A DNA stretch of 64,000 bases from the UHGV virus genome UHGV-1373362; one strand, 5' to 3'. Of the stretch, positions 38,912 through 48,553 are shown piece by piece (the first letter of the stretch is position 1; each line of letters begins with the position of its first letter). Position numbers and translations under genes: made by a program. The DNA comes from a virus. The notes under the pieces were generated by a model that had not been told where the DNA came from, did no database searches, and saw only the letters and a list, made by a program, of their open reading frames with translations.

Positions 38912-39690
38912 TGGGCTTGACAGGTTTTGACAAGTAATTACAAGGTAGGAAGACGTGTAGAGTTGGCACCAACTCTTATAAAATGATGCAAACAATAACT
39001 GGAGAAACTGAAGGTTTCAGAATGGCAGCCTAAGCTGCTGGCTTATTAGATATATCTAATTAAGTCGGGTTAATGGAGAAGACCTAGAAACAGAAGAGGT
39101 GTGGGAAGAAGCATTATAAAGCAGCCTACTTAACTTGAAAGCCAAAGGTTAGTAAAGCTGAAATTCTCTATGTCATTAAACAGGAATGCATGGTCTTAGG
39201 GTTGACTTACCCTTAATTATTGCACGTTCTCCAACGTAAATGGAGTGGTGGGGAGGATGACTTCGGTCAATCCAAGTTTGATAGTTTGTAATTTGGTCTA
39301 GTAAGGTTTGTGCTAAATTCCTGTCCTAGTAATCAAGGCACAGTCCAACAAAACTATCTACATGCCAGAACTCACTGGCTGATGTAATATAAATGAGACA
39401 CACGTTATCTTCTTATTGAGGATTATTTGGACGACGGTTCGAATCCGTCCAGGTCCACTAATGGATTAACGCCTATAATGAGTGCACTTGTTATAGGATG
39501 CTAATGATGCTACTTAGGAATAACTACTCCACAGGTAGGTAATTTAGAAACTTCTCAAAGTCATTGCAAGGGTGGAGAGAAGAAACTTATTACTGGTTTG
39601 GGAAATTTAAACCTATAGTGCTGGAGGCTAAATGATTTAGTAATGGGTTCGATTCCCTGTTAATCCACAGAACTAACTAATCAAATAATT
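38912..39690 (+). ncRNA. ORF-free ~780-bp region with structured-RNA features, including tRNA 3'-half-like elements; candidate ncRNA(s), possibly Y-RNA-like
   Basis: No ORF of 60 aa or more on either strand. UUCG-tetraloop hairpin ggatgac-ttcg-gtcaatcc (~39262-39285). At 39413-39455, gacgg-ttcgaat-ccgtc followed by caggtcca: a canonical T-arm plus 3' acceptor strand with no matching 5' half. A second, weaker T-arm-like piece at ~39620-39650. Confidence 0.35.
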
Positions 39691-39695
39691 AAAAC

Positions 39696-40148
39696 ATGGC
39701 AAAAATGACGTTAAATGAATTATCAGTAGCAGTGAACATGGTGAAAAAAGAGTCTCCTGCTACCTTTACATTAAGTAGTCTTAGACTTCAATTAAGGGAG
39801 ATCGGAGTTCCAATGTACAATGCATTTGCAAGGGCTTTGGTATCTAGAGGGTTTATTGAAAAAGTTGGACTTACACTAGCTGAGGGCTATCAATGGGCTA
39901 AGCCTGAACCTATCCACAAGGATATAGTAGAATCTCTTATAAAAGAAGCAAGGAAGAGATCTAGTGATCAAGCTAAGGCTCGCTGTAACAAGCTCCAAGT
40001 AGCACCTCAAGTAGAAGAAGTCCAAGAGGTAAAATTAACTCCCAAGGAGGAATTAATTAATCGTGCAATCAAGATTCTTCTTGATAACGGCTATAAGATC
40101 TCTAAGCCTATTACAACTTATGAAGAAGTAACCTCTTACGATTTGTAA
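39696..40148 (+). CDS. Hypothetical protein (150 aa)
   Basis: ORF. Confidence 0.35.
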   Translation: MAKMTLNELSVAVNMVKKESPATFTLSSLRLQLREIGVPMYNAFARALVSRGFIEKVGLTLAEGYQWAKPEPIHKDIVESLIKEARKRSSDQAKARCNKLQVAPQVEEVQEVKLTPKEELINRAIKILLDNGYKISKPITTYEEVTSYDL

Positions 40149-40149
40149 T

Positions 40150-40407
40150 ATGAAAAAGGTATATTATAAAATTATTGATCCAGTAAATGATATAACCTTG
40201 GCTGGATGTAGAGTATATCCTGATTATAATTATAGGAAGGTGGTAGAAGTGTTATTAAAGGAATTGGGAATAAATGCAGATGATTATCGGGAACGTACTC
40301 CGATTACTAATGCACAAGACTCAATCCCAGGTATGCCAGAGTATTATATGACACAAGGTTATGTATATGGCACTTCTAAACTAGTAAGTATAACGGTAGT
40401 AGGATAA
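40150..40407 (+). CDS. Hypothetical protein (85 aa)
   Basis: ORF. Confidence 0.3.
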   Translation: MKKVYYKIIDPVNDITLAGCRVYPDYNYRKVVEVLLKELGINADDYRERTPITNAQDSIPGMPEYYMTQGYVYGTSKLVSITVVG

Positions 40408-40663
40408 CACCTAAACACGAAACTATCCTGATGATGGAATCTACTAATGTAGGTTGACTTAAGCGTGTATAAATAAAAGTTGAAACTCTAGCCCATGTTG
40501 GGTTAACATATGGAGAAATTCCTATGACTCGTATTTGTTTATGTGTAACCTTGATTAATGATCAACTAAAATACGAGGAGTCGGTAGTAAGAAAAATAAG
40601 ATAGATTATATAGATGATAATGAACGTGCTATATAATTATCTCAACATAAAAAGAGATAAGAA

Positions 40664-42412
40664 ATGGAATTTAGTAAGAAGGTTAAGAGCCTTGATAGGG
40701 CTGAGCAATCTCCTGAGAACAATGCGTTCATTAGGGAAGGGTTGAAAGAGTCTAATGTGACTCAAAGTGGTAATGGTGCTAAAAAGTATAGTACCAGTAA
40801 TGATGTATTTGTGGATAACTTTGCATCTATATCTAAGTTTGCAGAACCCCGTTCTTATGAGGATATAGCAAAAGATATGTACAAGTTGTGGAGTGTAAAT
40901 CCAGAAAAGTGTGTTAAGTTAGCCATCTATATTAGGATGATAACTAGGCAAACACAAGTACTCGTAGATAACAAGGTTTCTACAACTGAAGATGTACAAA
41001 GAGGACAGGGATTAAAGAATGAAGGTATTTTACGGTTTATTTGGTTGTCTATATATCATAACCAAGCATTCGTAGCCAATCTGCCATTCTTCATTAGCGC
41101 TGGTTCTTGGAAGGACATATTTGAGATGATGAGCCTTGATTTACAGTATCATGGTTGGGAAGGTCATAAATTGAATTGGAATTTCTTAAGTTCAACTGTA
41201 TTAGCCGGTTTAGCTAATGAAAATACATGTGAGCTAGTAAAGAAATATCTGCCTTCTATTAGATCTAGCAAAGACTGTGTTACTTTAGCTTCTAAGGCTA
41301 GGAGTATTGTAGGCAAATATATGGCTAATCGTATATTTGGGAAGAAGGGGGAAGAGAAGACAGAAGATACGATGAACCACATTCATCGTAAGTATCGTAA
41401 GTTCAAACAGAGTGGTACTGCACATGTTTGGCAGCAATTAATCGGACAAGGTAGAATGCTTGAAATTGATTTCAATACCATTCATGGACGTGCTTTAAGC
41501 CTATTGGTAGGCTCTAAATTCTTGAAAAATCAGGGATTGGTAGAGAAGTATTACCAATGGCTTGCATCCCGCAAAACGGTTAAATATACTGGATTTGTGC
41601 ATGAGCTGTTTGAACCACTTGGAAATAAATATTGGGCCTGCCCATTACCAGATTATCAGGAAATCACTATTAATAAGCAGTTTGAGCAATTAGTTGAAAC
41701 TGCCCGTAAGGATATGGACACTAACAGTAGGTTATTAGTCGTTAGAGACATTTCTAGCTCTATGACTTCACAGGCTGTGGGCAGTAACATGTCATCTTAC
41801 GCTATTGGTAAGGCAATGGCTCTCTATTTCTCTGCACTATTGGATGGTCCATTTAAGGATGCCTATGCTACATTTAGCAATACTTGTAAGCTTTGTAAAT
41901 GGCAAGGTAAGACTCCTATAGAGAAGTGGACAAACGATAATGATAGTAGATTTGGAAGTACCAACCTCCAATCTGTAGCAGATATGTTTGTCAAACTAAG
42001 AACTACAATGGGAGTATCCGAGAATGAGTTTCCAACAGGTGCACTGCTTATTAGTGATGGTGATTTTAACTGGTGTGGTACTGATGTGGCCAACTTTAAG
42101 GCATTTAGAGATAAACTACTTAAAGGTGGGTTTAGTGTGGAGTATGTAAACAACTTCAAATTAATCCTTTGGGATATTCCTAATGGATTCTATGGTAAGG
42201 GTAGACCTACTGTATTTGAAGATTTTGCTGATGCTCCAAATAACTTCTATATGAGTGGTTATGATCCAGCTGCTATAGCATTTATTATGGGAACTAAGGC
42301 ATTTAAAGCTACCCCCAAGAATGCAACAGAACTGTTCAATGCAGCTATGAACCAAACACTACTCAATATGGTAGTAATTCCTAAAGAGTATTATAAACGT
42401 AAAAAGAAGTAA
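40664..42412 (+). CDS. von Willebrand factor A (vWA) domain protein with ~350-aa helical N-terminal region (582 aa); architecture compatible with a Ro60/Rsr (TROVE+vWA)-like protein
   Basis: MIDAS motif LVVRDISSSMTS (DxSxS) at about residue 355, with downstream GSTN and LLISDGDF elements of a vWA fold. N-terminal region has no signature recognisable by eye. Confidence 0.45.
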   Translation: MEFSKKVKSLDRAEQSPENNAFIREGLKESNVTQSGNGAKKYSTSNDVFVDNFASISKFAEPRSYEDIAKDMYKLWSVNPEKCVKLAIYIRMITRQTQVLVDNKVSTTEDVQRGQGLKNEGILRFIWLSIYHNQAFVANLPFFISAGSWKDIFEMMSLDLQYHGWEGHKLNWNFLSSTVLAGLANENTCELVKKYLPSIRSSKDCVTLASKARSIVGKYMANRIFGKKGEEKTEDTMNHIHRKYRKFKQSGTAHVWQQLIGQGRMLEIDFNTIHGRALSLLVGSKFLKNQGLVEKYYQWLASRKTVKYTGFVHELFEPLGNKYWACPLPDYQEITINKQFEQLVETARKDMDTNSRLLVVRDISSSMTSQAVGSNMSSYAIGKAMALYFSALLDGPFKDAYATFSNTCKLCKWQGKTPIEKWTNDNDSRFGSTNLQSVADMFVKLRTTMGVSENEFPTGALLISDGDFNWCGTDVANFKAFRDKLLKGGFSVEYVNNFKLILWDIPNGFYGKGRPTVFEDFADAPNNFYMSGYDPAAIAFIMGTKAFKATPKNATELFNAAMNQTLLNMVVIPKEYYKRKKK

Positions 42413-42413
42413 T

Positions 42414-43208
42414 ATGATTTCAATGAACACTATGCTTGCTAAGGTAGAGCACGCTGGATCATCCTTTAATAAGATGATTGCAGAGTACACACTATTCTTT
42501 AAGAACAAGCAATCAATGTTTAGAGGATTCAAGAAAACCTTTAAACCAAGAGAGGGTTTCAATGAAGACTCAAGGTACATGGGAACCGTTTTGGTAACAA
42601 CTACGGTAAATGAGAAGCTGGATTGGTTCGAAGAGAATGCAATACCTTATCTAAAGGATGTATTCTCAGTAGAGGCCACCAACTCAAGAGGTGCTGAACG
42701 TACAGAACTAGTAGTAGATGGTATATCATTTGGTAAACTAACTGCACTTGATTTGATGCGTCTAAAGACTATCCTTACTAATAAGGATATGGAATCTATG
42801 TATTCTAACATCCCAGTTCGTTCTGATTCTGAAGTATGGGAACCCTGCACTAATCCAGAATATGAAGGACGTGAGGTTTATCAAACTCCGATGACTGTTG
42901 GCGTGGTAAGAACATCAGAATCAGAGGAAGTAATCCTTAAAGATCCAAATCTTGATCCTGCCCATCTTCCTTCAAACTATAACGCTAAGGTTACAGTTAA
43001 GAAGAAAACAGTGGACACTGGTGATTATACATCACAAATGTACACGGGTGAGTGGACTCAAAGAGAGCGTGCTGAGTTACTAAGGAGAAGAAGTAAACTT
43101 CTCGCTGCAGTAACAGTAGCATTAAAGAAGATCAACGACAATGGAGTAGATCCTCAGAACTTGGACGTTGAATGTCTGATTGAATACTTGCACGGTAAAA
43201 AGAAATAA
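42414..43208 (+). CDS. Hypothetical protein (264 aa)
   Basis: ORF adjacent to, and probably co-transcribed with, the vWA gene. Confidence 0.35.
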   Translation: MISMNTMLAKVEHAGSSFNKMIAEYTLFFKNKQSMFRGFKKTFKPREGFNEDSRYMGTVLVTTTVNEKLDWFEENAIPYLKDVFSVEATNSRGAERTELVVDGISFGKLTALDLMRLKTILTNKDMESMYSNIPVRSDSEVWEPCTNPEYEGREVYQTPMTVGVVRTSESEEVILKDPNLDPAHLPSNYNAKVTVKKKTVDTGDYTSQMYTGEWTQRERAELLRRRSKLLAAVTVALKKINDNGVDPQNLDVECLIEYLHGKKK

Positions 43209-43344
43209 AACAAAATATTGACTAAAGCTTCAGCTTAAGCCTCAGCATTACTAAATCCTAGATATTTAGCATAAGCATTGGGTCAAGAGCTTTAGCTTTA
43301 GCTTTAACGTAGAATGACAGTAAGCTACCTGATAATAAATTATC

Positions 43345-43383
43345 CACCTATTAAACATGGGTTCGAATCCCATACGCCCCTCT
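43345..43383 (+). other. tRNA 3'-half-like fragment (T-arm atggg-ttcgaat-cccat plus acceptor-like acgcccc) without a 5' partner
   Basis: No ggggcgt upstream; the complementary ggggcgt occurs only downstream at 43404-43410. Confidence 0.3.
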
Positions 43384-43518
43384 ATTTCTATTATTAACTA
43401 CATGGGGCGTTGGTGAAGGGGTTTAACACGATAGGCTATAATAAAGCTTCACTTTAAAGTTACTGAAAGCATTCTACACATCTAGGGGTTATTACTGAGG
43501 ATTTTTGGGGTAATCTCT

Positions 43519-43592
43519 AGGGGTTTAACTCAATTGGTTAGAGTACATGAGTGTTAATCATGGTGTTGGGGGTTCGAGTCCCCCAACCCCTA
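43519..43592 (+). tRNA. tRNA-Asn (GTT)
   Basis: Cloverleaf: acceptor aggggtt/aacccct, D arm actc-aattggttag-agt, anticodon loop gtGTTaa, T loop ttcgagt. Confidence 0.8.
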
Positions 43593-43692
43593 CATTCGTT
43601 TTATTTAGGGTTTAACGGAGACGAGAATTTAGGTTTTTTATTGTATTTGGTTTCTGGTCTGCCAACCTGAGAAGGTGTAACAGGCCAAACAC

Positions 43693-43788
43693 AAAGGGAT
43701 GCTGGAATGGTATACAGGCTATCCATTGATGATAGTTTACACAATTCTAGGAAGTGTATGTCTGAGGGTTCGAATCCCTCTCCCTTTA
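43693..43788 (+). tRNA. tRNA-like, type II (long variable arm), non-canonical anticodon loop cattgat (A33); identity uncertain, possible pseudogene
   Basis: Acceptor aaaggga/tcccttt and T arm gaggg-ttcgaat-ccctc are perfect. 5-bp anticodon stem ctatc/gatag. Variable arm ~28 nt, with tacac...gtgta stem. Confidence 0.4.
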
Positions 43789-44060
43789 CATCTTGAAGAA
43801 TTTTTCATTTTTCTTGTCATTAAAGGGTTATTTACCTGTGAAGGCCAGTAACCCATTTTTATGTATTATTAATATTCCGTATCTATATACAACTTTAGTA
43901 TTAATATTATGATATTATATGTGGCATAAGTTTGTAATAACACTAATTACACATTTTAACATTAATATGTTTGTGGAGTCATAAAGAAGCAGTATCTTTG
44001 TGTCCATAACCGTTGGGATAACGGGAATGTGTTTGTGTTTTATTTATTCCCATTGTTGAG

Positions 44061-44144
44061 GGGAGTGCGCCAAAGTTGGAGAGTTGGGCTTGACTGTAAA
44101 TCAAGTGCCTTCGGGCTGAGTAGGTTCGAATCCTACCACTCCCA
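44061..44144 (+). tRNA. tRNA-Tyr (GTA), bacterial type II
   Basis: Acceptor gggagtg/cactccc, anticodon loop ctGTAaa, long variable arm tgccttcgggctg. Confidence 0.8.
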
Positions 44145-44213
44145 CAACAAGATCTGTTAGAGTAACTTCTAACACTGGATGCATTGGTCTGGAGAGATAA
44201 ATGCATCAAAAAT

Positions 44214-44285
44214 GCAGGTGTAGCACAATGGTTAGTGCTCCAGTCTTCCAAACTGGAGATGAGGGTTCGATTCCCTTCACCTGCT
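44214..44285 (+). tRNA. tRNA-Gly (TCC)
   Basis: Acceptor gcaggtg/cacctgc, anticodon loop ctTCCaa. Confidence 0.8.
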
Positions 44286-44365
44286 CAAAAAGCTGGTTGG
44301 TTGTGTTATTAGGGTACCCTAATACACTGGTTTGCACCAGCCTAAACAAAAATGCAGACAATCAT

Positions 44366-44437
44366 GGGCCGGTAGCATAATTGGGAATGCACTAGTTTTG
44401 CACACTGGAAGATTGGGTTCGAATCCCACCGTGTCCA
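44366..44437 (+). tRNA. tRNA-Ala (TGC), acceptor stem with two mismatches (possibly degenerate)
   Basis: U8, D arm gcat-aattggga-atgc, anticodon loop ttTGCac, G3:U70 present; 5:68 and 6:67 mispaired. Confidence 0.5.
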
Positions 44438-44728
44438 CACTTCCTTCTTCCTATAGGAAGTGTCTATAGGCGTGAATGAAAACCGACGGTTACAGGGTTC
44501 CCCAATACTCTCTGAGGGTAATACGAGAACGTTGCTTGAGGACACAACGTAATGAGTCCTTAGTATCACACTCACTTGAACGTGTGAAGAGCATTCGCTA
44601 ATAAGGCTCTTAATAAAGATTTTTAGTGGAGGTTGGATGAAAAGCTAGCAAAGTAATCCAATGACAGGGATCTTAGGTTATTAACTTATGAAGTTACAGT
44701 TATAATTTAGAGATTCCTTTATTAATAT

Positions 44729-44812
44729 CGCAGAGTCGAGAAGTGGTATCTCACTAGTCTCATAAGCTAGAGCATCCGAAAGATGTCGTAGGTTCGATTC
44801 CTACCTCTGCAA
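44729..44812 (+). tRNA. tRNA (CAT) with C1xA72 mismatch and an unusual 17-nt variable arm; initiator-like Met
   Basis: Acceptor cgcagag/ctctgca (positions 1:72 are C:A), anticodon loop ctCATaa, variable arm gcatc-cgaaa-gatgt. Confidence 0.55.
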
Positions 44813-44827
44813 CTAATTTAATATATT

Positions 44828-45004
44828 ATGGAAGAGAAACTAGACTTAATTATTCAAAAATTAAATGAATTGCTATATTTAGCAAAACGTATTCATAAAG
44901 ATACTGAACCATCTACTGAGAATAATGTCTCTGAGTATCTCCTTAATGTGTTAGGTGATGTAACTGGTGATATTCTTATGCAAGGATTCACTGGAAGACA
45001 ATAA
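44828..45004 (+). CDS. Small ORF between tRNAs (58 aa)
   Basis: ATG...TAA frame, below the ORF-track size cutoff; MEEKLDLIIQKLNELLYLAKRIHKD... Confidence 0.25.
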   Translation: MEEKLDLIIQKLNELLYLAKRIHKDTEPSTENNVSEYLLNVLGDVTGDILMQGFTGRQ

Positions 45005-45006
45005 CG

Positions 45007-45080
45007 TGTGGGGTGGTAGCAGTTGGTAGCTCACTAGGCTCATAACCTAGAGGTCGGCGGTTCGAATCCGTCCCCCGCGC
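45007..45080 (+). tRNA. tRNA (CAT), Met or Ile2-type
   Basis: Anticodon arm ctagg-ctCATaa-cctag, T arm ggcgg-ttcgaat-ccgtc, acceptor tgtgggg/ccccgcg with G-U pairs; weak D stem. Confidence 0.55.
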
Positions 45081-45165
45081 CTATTACACCAGGCTATGCT
45101 GAGTGAATTTTCACTTAGGACTGTTGTAGTTACGAAGACAAAGGGTGAATAATTTGTCTATTTAT

Positions 45166-45345
45166 TGAAGGGAACAGACAGCAAACATCTTCATCTAATA
45201 ATTGAACTTCTAATTGACCGTGGGCGAACATCCCATAAATGTTCTAAGCTGTGAATAGCCCCTACTATGCTGGAACAAGTATAGTGTCGATTATCCTAAA
45301 TTGGGTGGATAAAAGACATAAAATAAAACTCCCGTGTTCCCTGTT
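45166..45345 (+). promoter_or_regulatory. Conserved tRNA-leader element copy D: 5' tgaagggaac...acagcaaa and 3' gttccctgtt, forming a 7-bp stem (agggaac/gttccct); the 3' arm ends 4 nt before tRNA-Ile
   Basis: See the finding on the repeated covarying stems. Confidence 0.45.
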
Positions 45346-45349
45346 TCAT

Positions 45350-45422
45350 AGGTCTATCCTCTAATTGGTTAGGAGACGTGACTGATACTCACGCAATCCC
45401 AGTTCAAGTCTGGGTAGACCTA
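45350..45422 (+). tRNA. tRNA-Ile (GAT)
   Basis: Acceptor aggtcta/tagacct, anticodon loop ctGATac, T loop ttcaagt. Confidence 0.8.
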
Positions 45423-45428
45423 CTTTAT

Positions 45429-45502
45429 AGTCCCTTAGCTCAGTTGGTGAGAGTGTCTGGCTTACATCCAGAAGGTCGTTGGTTCGAATCCAACAGGGAC
45501 TA
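45429..45502 (+). tRNA. tRNA-Val (TAC)
   Basis: Acceptor agtccct/agggact, anticodon loop ctTACat. Confidence 0.8.
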
Positions 45503-45830
45503 CACTGGTATCATAGACGATTAACAAAATGATATAACTCTTAGTTAGTAATCCTGAACGATACATATAGGGAGTATCGGAAGAGTTATTCTGGTGGAGA
45601 ATCGGGAGTCCAGAACCTATCTTAGTAAAGCACGTGAGGCTAGCGTGACGTAGACATTCCTATCCCTGACAGCAAATATGGAATCCACATCGTAGGGTGG
45701 CATTGGTACTACAGCAAGGGTAGTTGTTTAACTGTAGTTATGTATGAACGTGTTAGTTGTCTTCATAGGAAGAAGTACAACTAGGTGTAGTCTCCACCAC
45801 CTTACAATAGTGGAGCACATGGGGAGTTAG

Positions 45831-45895
45831 CTCAGTTGGTTGGTAGCTTCGGACTGTTAATCCGATGGTCGTGGGTTCGAGTCCCAGAGGGGTGA
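45831..45895 (+). tRNA. tRNA-Asn(GTT)-like with unpaired acceptor stem; probable pseudogene or mis-delimited
   Basis: ggggagt-ta-gctcagttgg..., anticodon arm tcgga-ctGTTaa-tccga, T arm gtggg-ttcgagt-cccag. The 3' strand aggggtg does not pair with the 5' end. Confidence 0.3.
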
Positions 45896-46077
45896 CAACA
45901 CAAAGATTAACATATTTACTCATCTTAAACAGTAAAGTTATGAAATCATTATTAATTAAAGCTGTTAAGTGGTATGTCAAACAATCATCTATGACTTATG
46001 TTTGGCTACCGACAGGGACTTATCCAACTAAGGATTAAGTTCCATATTTAGAGGTGAGTAAGCTAAAGAACATTTAT

Positions 46078-46169
46078 GGAGGTGTAAGCCTAATTGGTAA
46101 GGCAGTAGTCTTGAAAACTACCAGTAATCGTGTAAAAGCGATGTGTCAGTTCGAGTCTGACTACCTCCT
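46078..46169 (+). tRNA. tRNA-Ser (TGA), type II
   Basis: Acceptor ggaggtg/tacctcc, anticodon loop ctTGAaa, long variable arm. Confidence 0.8.
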
Positions 46170-46204
46170 CTACCTATTATATAACAACTTAAACTAACTA
46201 AAAG

Positions 46205-46504
46205 ATGAATATGAGATTTGTATCAGTTACTAAACTAAGTAACAATCGTAAACGTAGATTATCTTTGGGTATACTTAGGGCAATTAACTCTAATGCTCAA
46301 TTAAATTCAATAGCTGACTCTGGATTTAGGGAAGGTAATGTCAAACTCTTAAATGATCGCATAGAGGAGCTTAAACTTATATTACTTTCCCCTTGGCCCA
46401 AGTTTCCCCGCAAGGACAAAAAGCTATACAAAAAGAATGCAATTGCACTATATAATGCATATGTATTTGTAAAGGGATGGCTAGAGGAAACCTTAAACCA
46501 GTAG
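46205..46504 (+). CDS. Hypothetical protein (99 aa)
   Basis: ORF between tRNAs. Confidence 0.35.
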   Translation: MNMRFVSVTKLSNNRKRRLSLGILRAINSNAQLNSIADSGFREGNVKLLNDRIEELKLILLSPWPKFPRKDKKLYKKNAIALYNAYVFVKGWLEETLNQ

Positions 46505-46761
46505 GGTATAGTAGGGATAACTCTAGATTGTATTTTAGGTTAATTATTAATGGTAATCATGTATTAGATGGGTTCTTTTCATTTAAGAAGGAATTGTTCT
46601 ACGTAACTACCAGAAATAAGATACTTAATGGCAATGACTGGGATATTCTTACTAGAGAGTTAAGTAAATTGGATTATGAATATTCTAACAATGTTGATGA
46701 TTACTATTACCAGCAATGGTTAGAGAGTAAAGTAATATTTAATCATGGGAATAATTACTGA
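46477..46761 (+). CDS. Hypothetical protein (94 aa)
   Basis: ORF. Confidence 0.35.
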   Translation: MARGNLKPVGYSRDNSRLYFRLIINGNHVLDGFFSFKKELFYVTTRNKILNGNDWDILTRELSKLDYEYSNNVDDYYYQQWLESKVIFNHGNNY

Positions 46762-46918
46762 CATAGCACTATCGCAGTCTATTGGGGCTGTAATGGATGG
46801 TGCATTTATAGAAAGTGCTAAAGAAACTTTAGAAAAGGAAGAATCAACTAATGAAGCTTCAGAAGAACATAATGTTGGCAGAGGTTATTTGGAAACTCAT
46901 TCAGAACTTTTCTACTAA
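46745..46918 (+). CDS. Small ORF (57 aa)
   Basis: ATG...TAA frame below the track cutoff. Confidence 0.2.
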   Translation: MGIITDIALSQSIGAVMDGAFIESAKETLEKEESTNEASEEHNVGRGYLETHSELFY

Positions 46919-46933
46919 GGCATATTATTAAAG

Positions 46934-47003
46934 TGAAGGGAACTTACAGCAAACAATCATAGTATCAATCTTTTAAATTGACCGACTAAACATGTTCCCT
47001 GTT
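46934..47003 (+). promoter_or_regulatory. Conserved tRNA-leader element copy A (tgaagggaacttacagcaaa ... gttccctgtt); the 3' arm ends 4 nt before tRNA-Arg
   Basis: See the finding. Confidence 0.45.
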
Positions 47004-47007
47004 CCTT

Positions 47008-47081
47008 GCTCCGGTAGCTTAACTGAATAAAGCAGCATCCTTCTAAGATGCGTTATATGGGTTTGAGTCCCATCTGGAGTA
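47008..47081 (+). tRNA. tRNA-Arg (TCT)
   Basis: Acceptor gctccgg/ctggagt (with G-U pairs), anticodon loop ctTCTaa, T loop tttgagt. Confidence 0.75.
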
Positions 47082-47153
47082 CTAAGCGGGTTTTAAAACA
47101 AAATATTCTCCTTGTTACCGCTGACAGGGGTGCGACTGTTTAACGCACTACAT

Positions 47154-47226
47154 GGGGTTATAGCTCAGTTGGTAGAGCGAGGGATTGAAGATCCCTGCGT
47201 CGGCAGTTCGAATCTGTCTAACCCCG
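47154..47226 (+). tRNA. tRNA-Phe (GAA)
   Basis: Acceptor ggggtta/taacccc, D arm tagctcagttggtagagc, anticodon loop ttGAAga. Confidence 0.85.
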
Positions 47227-47311
47227 CTTCGCTAATAAGTGTAATTCGACATGATATTAGATTTGATTAGTATTAGTGCAGAAGGTGTAGTGATACAGTT
47301 TCTGTGCGTCT

Positions 47312-47399
47312 GGAGAGTAAACCTTGATGGTGATAGGGACTACCTGCTAAGTAGTTTCGTACATAAAAAGTGTATGTGGTTCGATTCCACTGCTCTCCG
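47312..47399 (+). tRNA. tRNA-Ser (GCT), type II
   Basis: Acceptor ggagagt/gctctcc, anticodon loop ctGCTaa, 19-nt variable arm. Confidence 0.75.
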
Positions 47400-47442
47400 C
47401 GAATGTTTGGGACTTTATTATAACTTTTAACATTAAATTATT

Positions 47443-47739
47443 ATGAATGAAGTTCAACCTCTTGATCCATCTACACTAGAACAGTCGGATCCTATTCCTA
47501 ATAGCATTATAGCTGTTATGAATCAATTGATTAAGAAAGGATGGAATGGTGCATGTAGCATCGTTCGAGTGAATGAGGCACTAGGTGTCATATATTTAGT
47601 TACAAACTTCCCCATTGAGGTTATTAAGAGAAATGGTTGGATAGAATCTGCTAAAGAGGTCTATCAACGAATTGGCTACTTGGTAACTGAGGTTGGAGAA
47701 GGTGATGACAGATATATGGAATTTCGTAAGGCTTCTTAA
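47443..47739 (+). CDS. Hypothetical protein (98 aa)
   Basis: ORF. Confidence 0.35.
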   Translation: MNEVQPLDPSTLEQSDPIPNSIIAVMNQLIKKGWNGACSIVRVNEALGVIYLVTNFPIEVIKRNGWIESAKEVYQRIGYLVTEVGEGDDRYMEFRKAS

Positions 47740-47743
47740 TACT

Positions 47744-47815
47744 GCTGGGTTCGAATAATGGTTAGTTCGACGCACTTTCGATGCGTAGATAGGGGTTCGA
47801 TTCCCCTACCCAGTA
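47744..47815 (+). tRNA. tRNA-Glu (TTC)
   Basis: Acceptor gctgggt/acccagt, anticodon loop ctTTCga. Confidence 0.75.
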
Positions 47816-47989
47816 CCTTGTAGTCCTCCTTAACCCTTAATAGGGTAGTTAGGCTACGCTGTGAACGAACAGAGGAGGGGAGTTCACACGTTGGTTAGCG
47901 ACGTAGTACACAATGGTGGAATAGAAACGGCTAACATCCACTTTTGGTCATTCTTATAATACTAGTTAAATTCCGAAAGGGAGTTAGAA

Positions 47990-48061
47990 TGGCCAATATA
48001 CTCCTATCTACTAATGGTTAGGTAATTGCCCTCTCAAGGCAAAAATACGGGTTCGAATCCC
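47990..48061 (+). tRNA. tRNA-Glu (CTC)
   Basis: Acceptor actccta/tgggagt, anticodon arm ttgcc-ctCTCaa-ggcaa. Confidence 0.7.
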
Positions 48062-48216
48062 GTTGGGAGTACTTAACTACTAGGTTGAACTCAAACTTCC
48101 GCCTCGCGAGCCAAATGTCTGAGGAGAAATTTAAAGGATTTTTAGATAGAAGGAATCCACATAGGATTTAAAACAGAAGAAATAGGGCTAATCCTTCATC
48201 CTAGTAGTATTAACGA

Positions 48217-48285
48217 GTGTGAGGTGTACTGGTGGCATAAGCGACTGTCTATCGTGAGGAGGGGTTCGATTCCCACACATTCGGC
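48217..48285 (+). other. tRNA-like element around T-loop ggggttcgattccc; cloverleaf not resolvable by eye
   Basis: T-loop consensus present; acceptor and anticodon arms could not be paired convincingly. Confidence 0.25.
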
Positions 48286-48301
48286 AATTAAATTTATTAT
48301 T

Positions 48302-48478
48302 ATGTTAACAGAAGAAGAAGTAAAAAATTATTTGGCGGAACTTAAAGAACATGCTGAGTCTGGAGATCCAGAATGTTCTCACTATGATGCTGATAGAATC
48401 TTATGTGATATTGTATCTAAGTTGGGATATAAAGAAATCGTAGACATTTGGGAAAAAGTTCCTAAGTGGTATGCATAA
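48302..48478 (+). CDS. Small hypothetical protein (58 aa)
   Basis: Internal Met of track ORF 48224-48478, whose 5' part overlaps a tRNA-like element. MLTEEEVKNYLAELKEH... Confidence 0.3.
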   Translation: MLTEEEVKNYLAELKEHAESGDPECSHYDADRILCDIVSKLGYKEIVDIWEKVPKWYA

Positions 48479-48553
48479 TTAACCTCCAGCTCACGAGGTA
48501 TATAAGAAAGGATGCCGGACTTGCAGGTGTAACGAGATAAATACCTGCATTTT

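Noticed and set aside
45753-45980. Minus-strand 75-aa ORF in the tRNA array
   Set aside because: Overlaps the Asn-like tRNA element on the opposite strand, and there are no other minus-strand genes for 20 kb; probably spurious.
48224-48301. 5' extension of ORF 48224-48478 (MYWWHKRLSIVRRGSIPTHSAIKFII)
   Set aside because: The extension is read through a T-loop-containing tRNA-like element; the start was moved to the internal Met at 48302.
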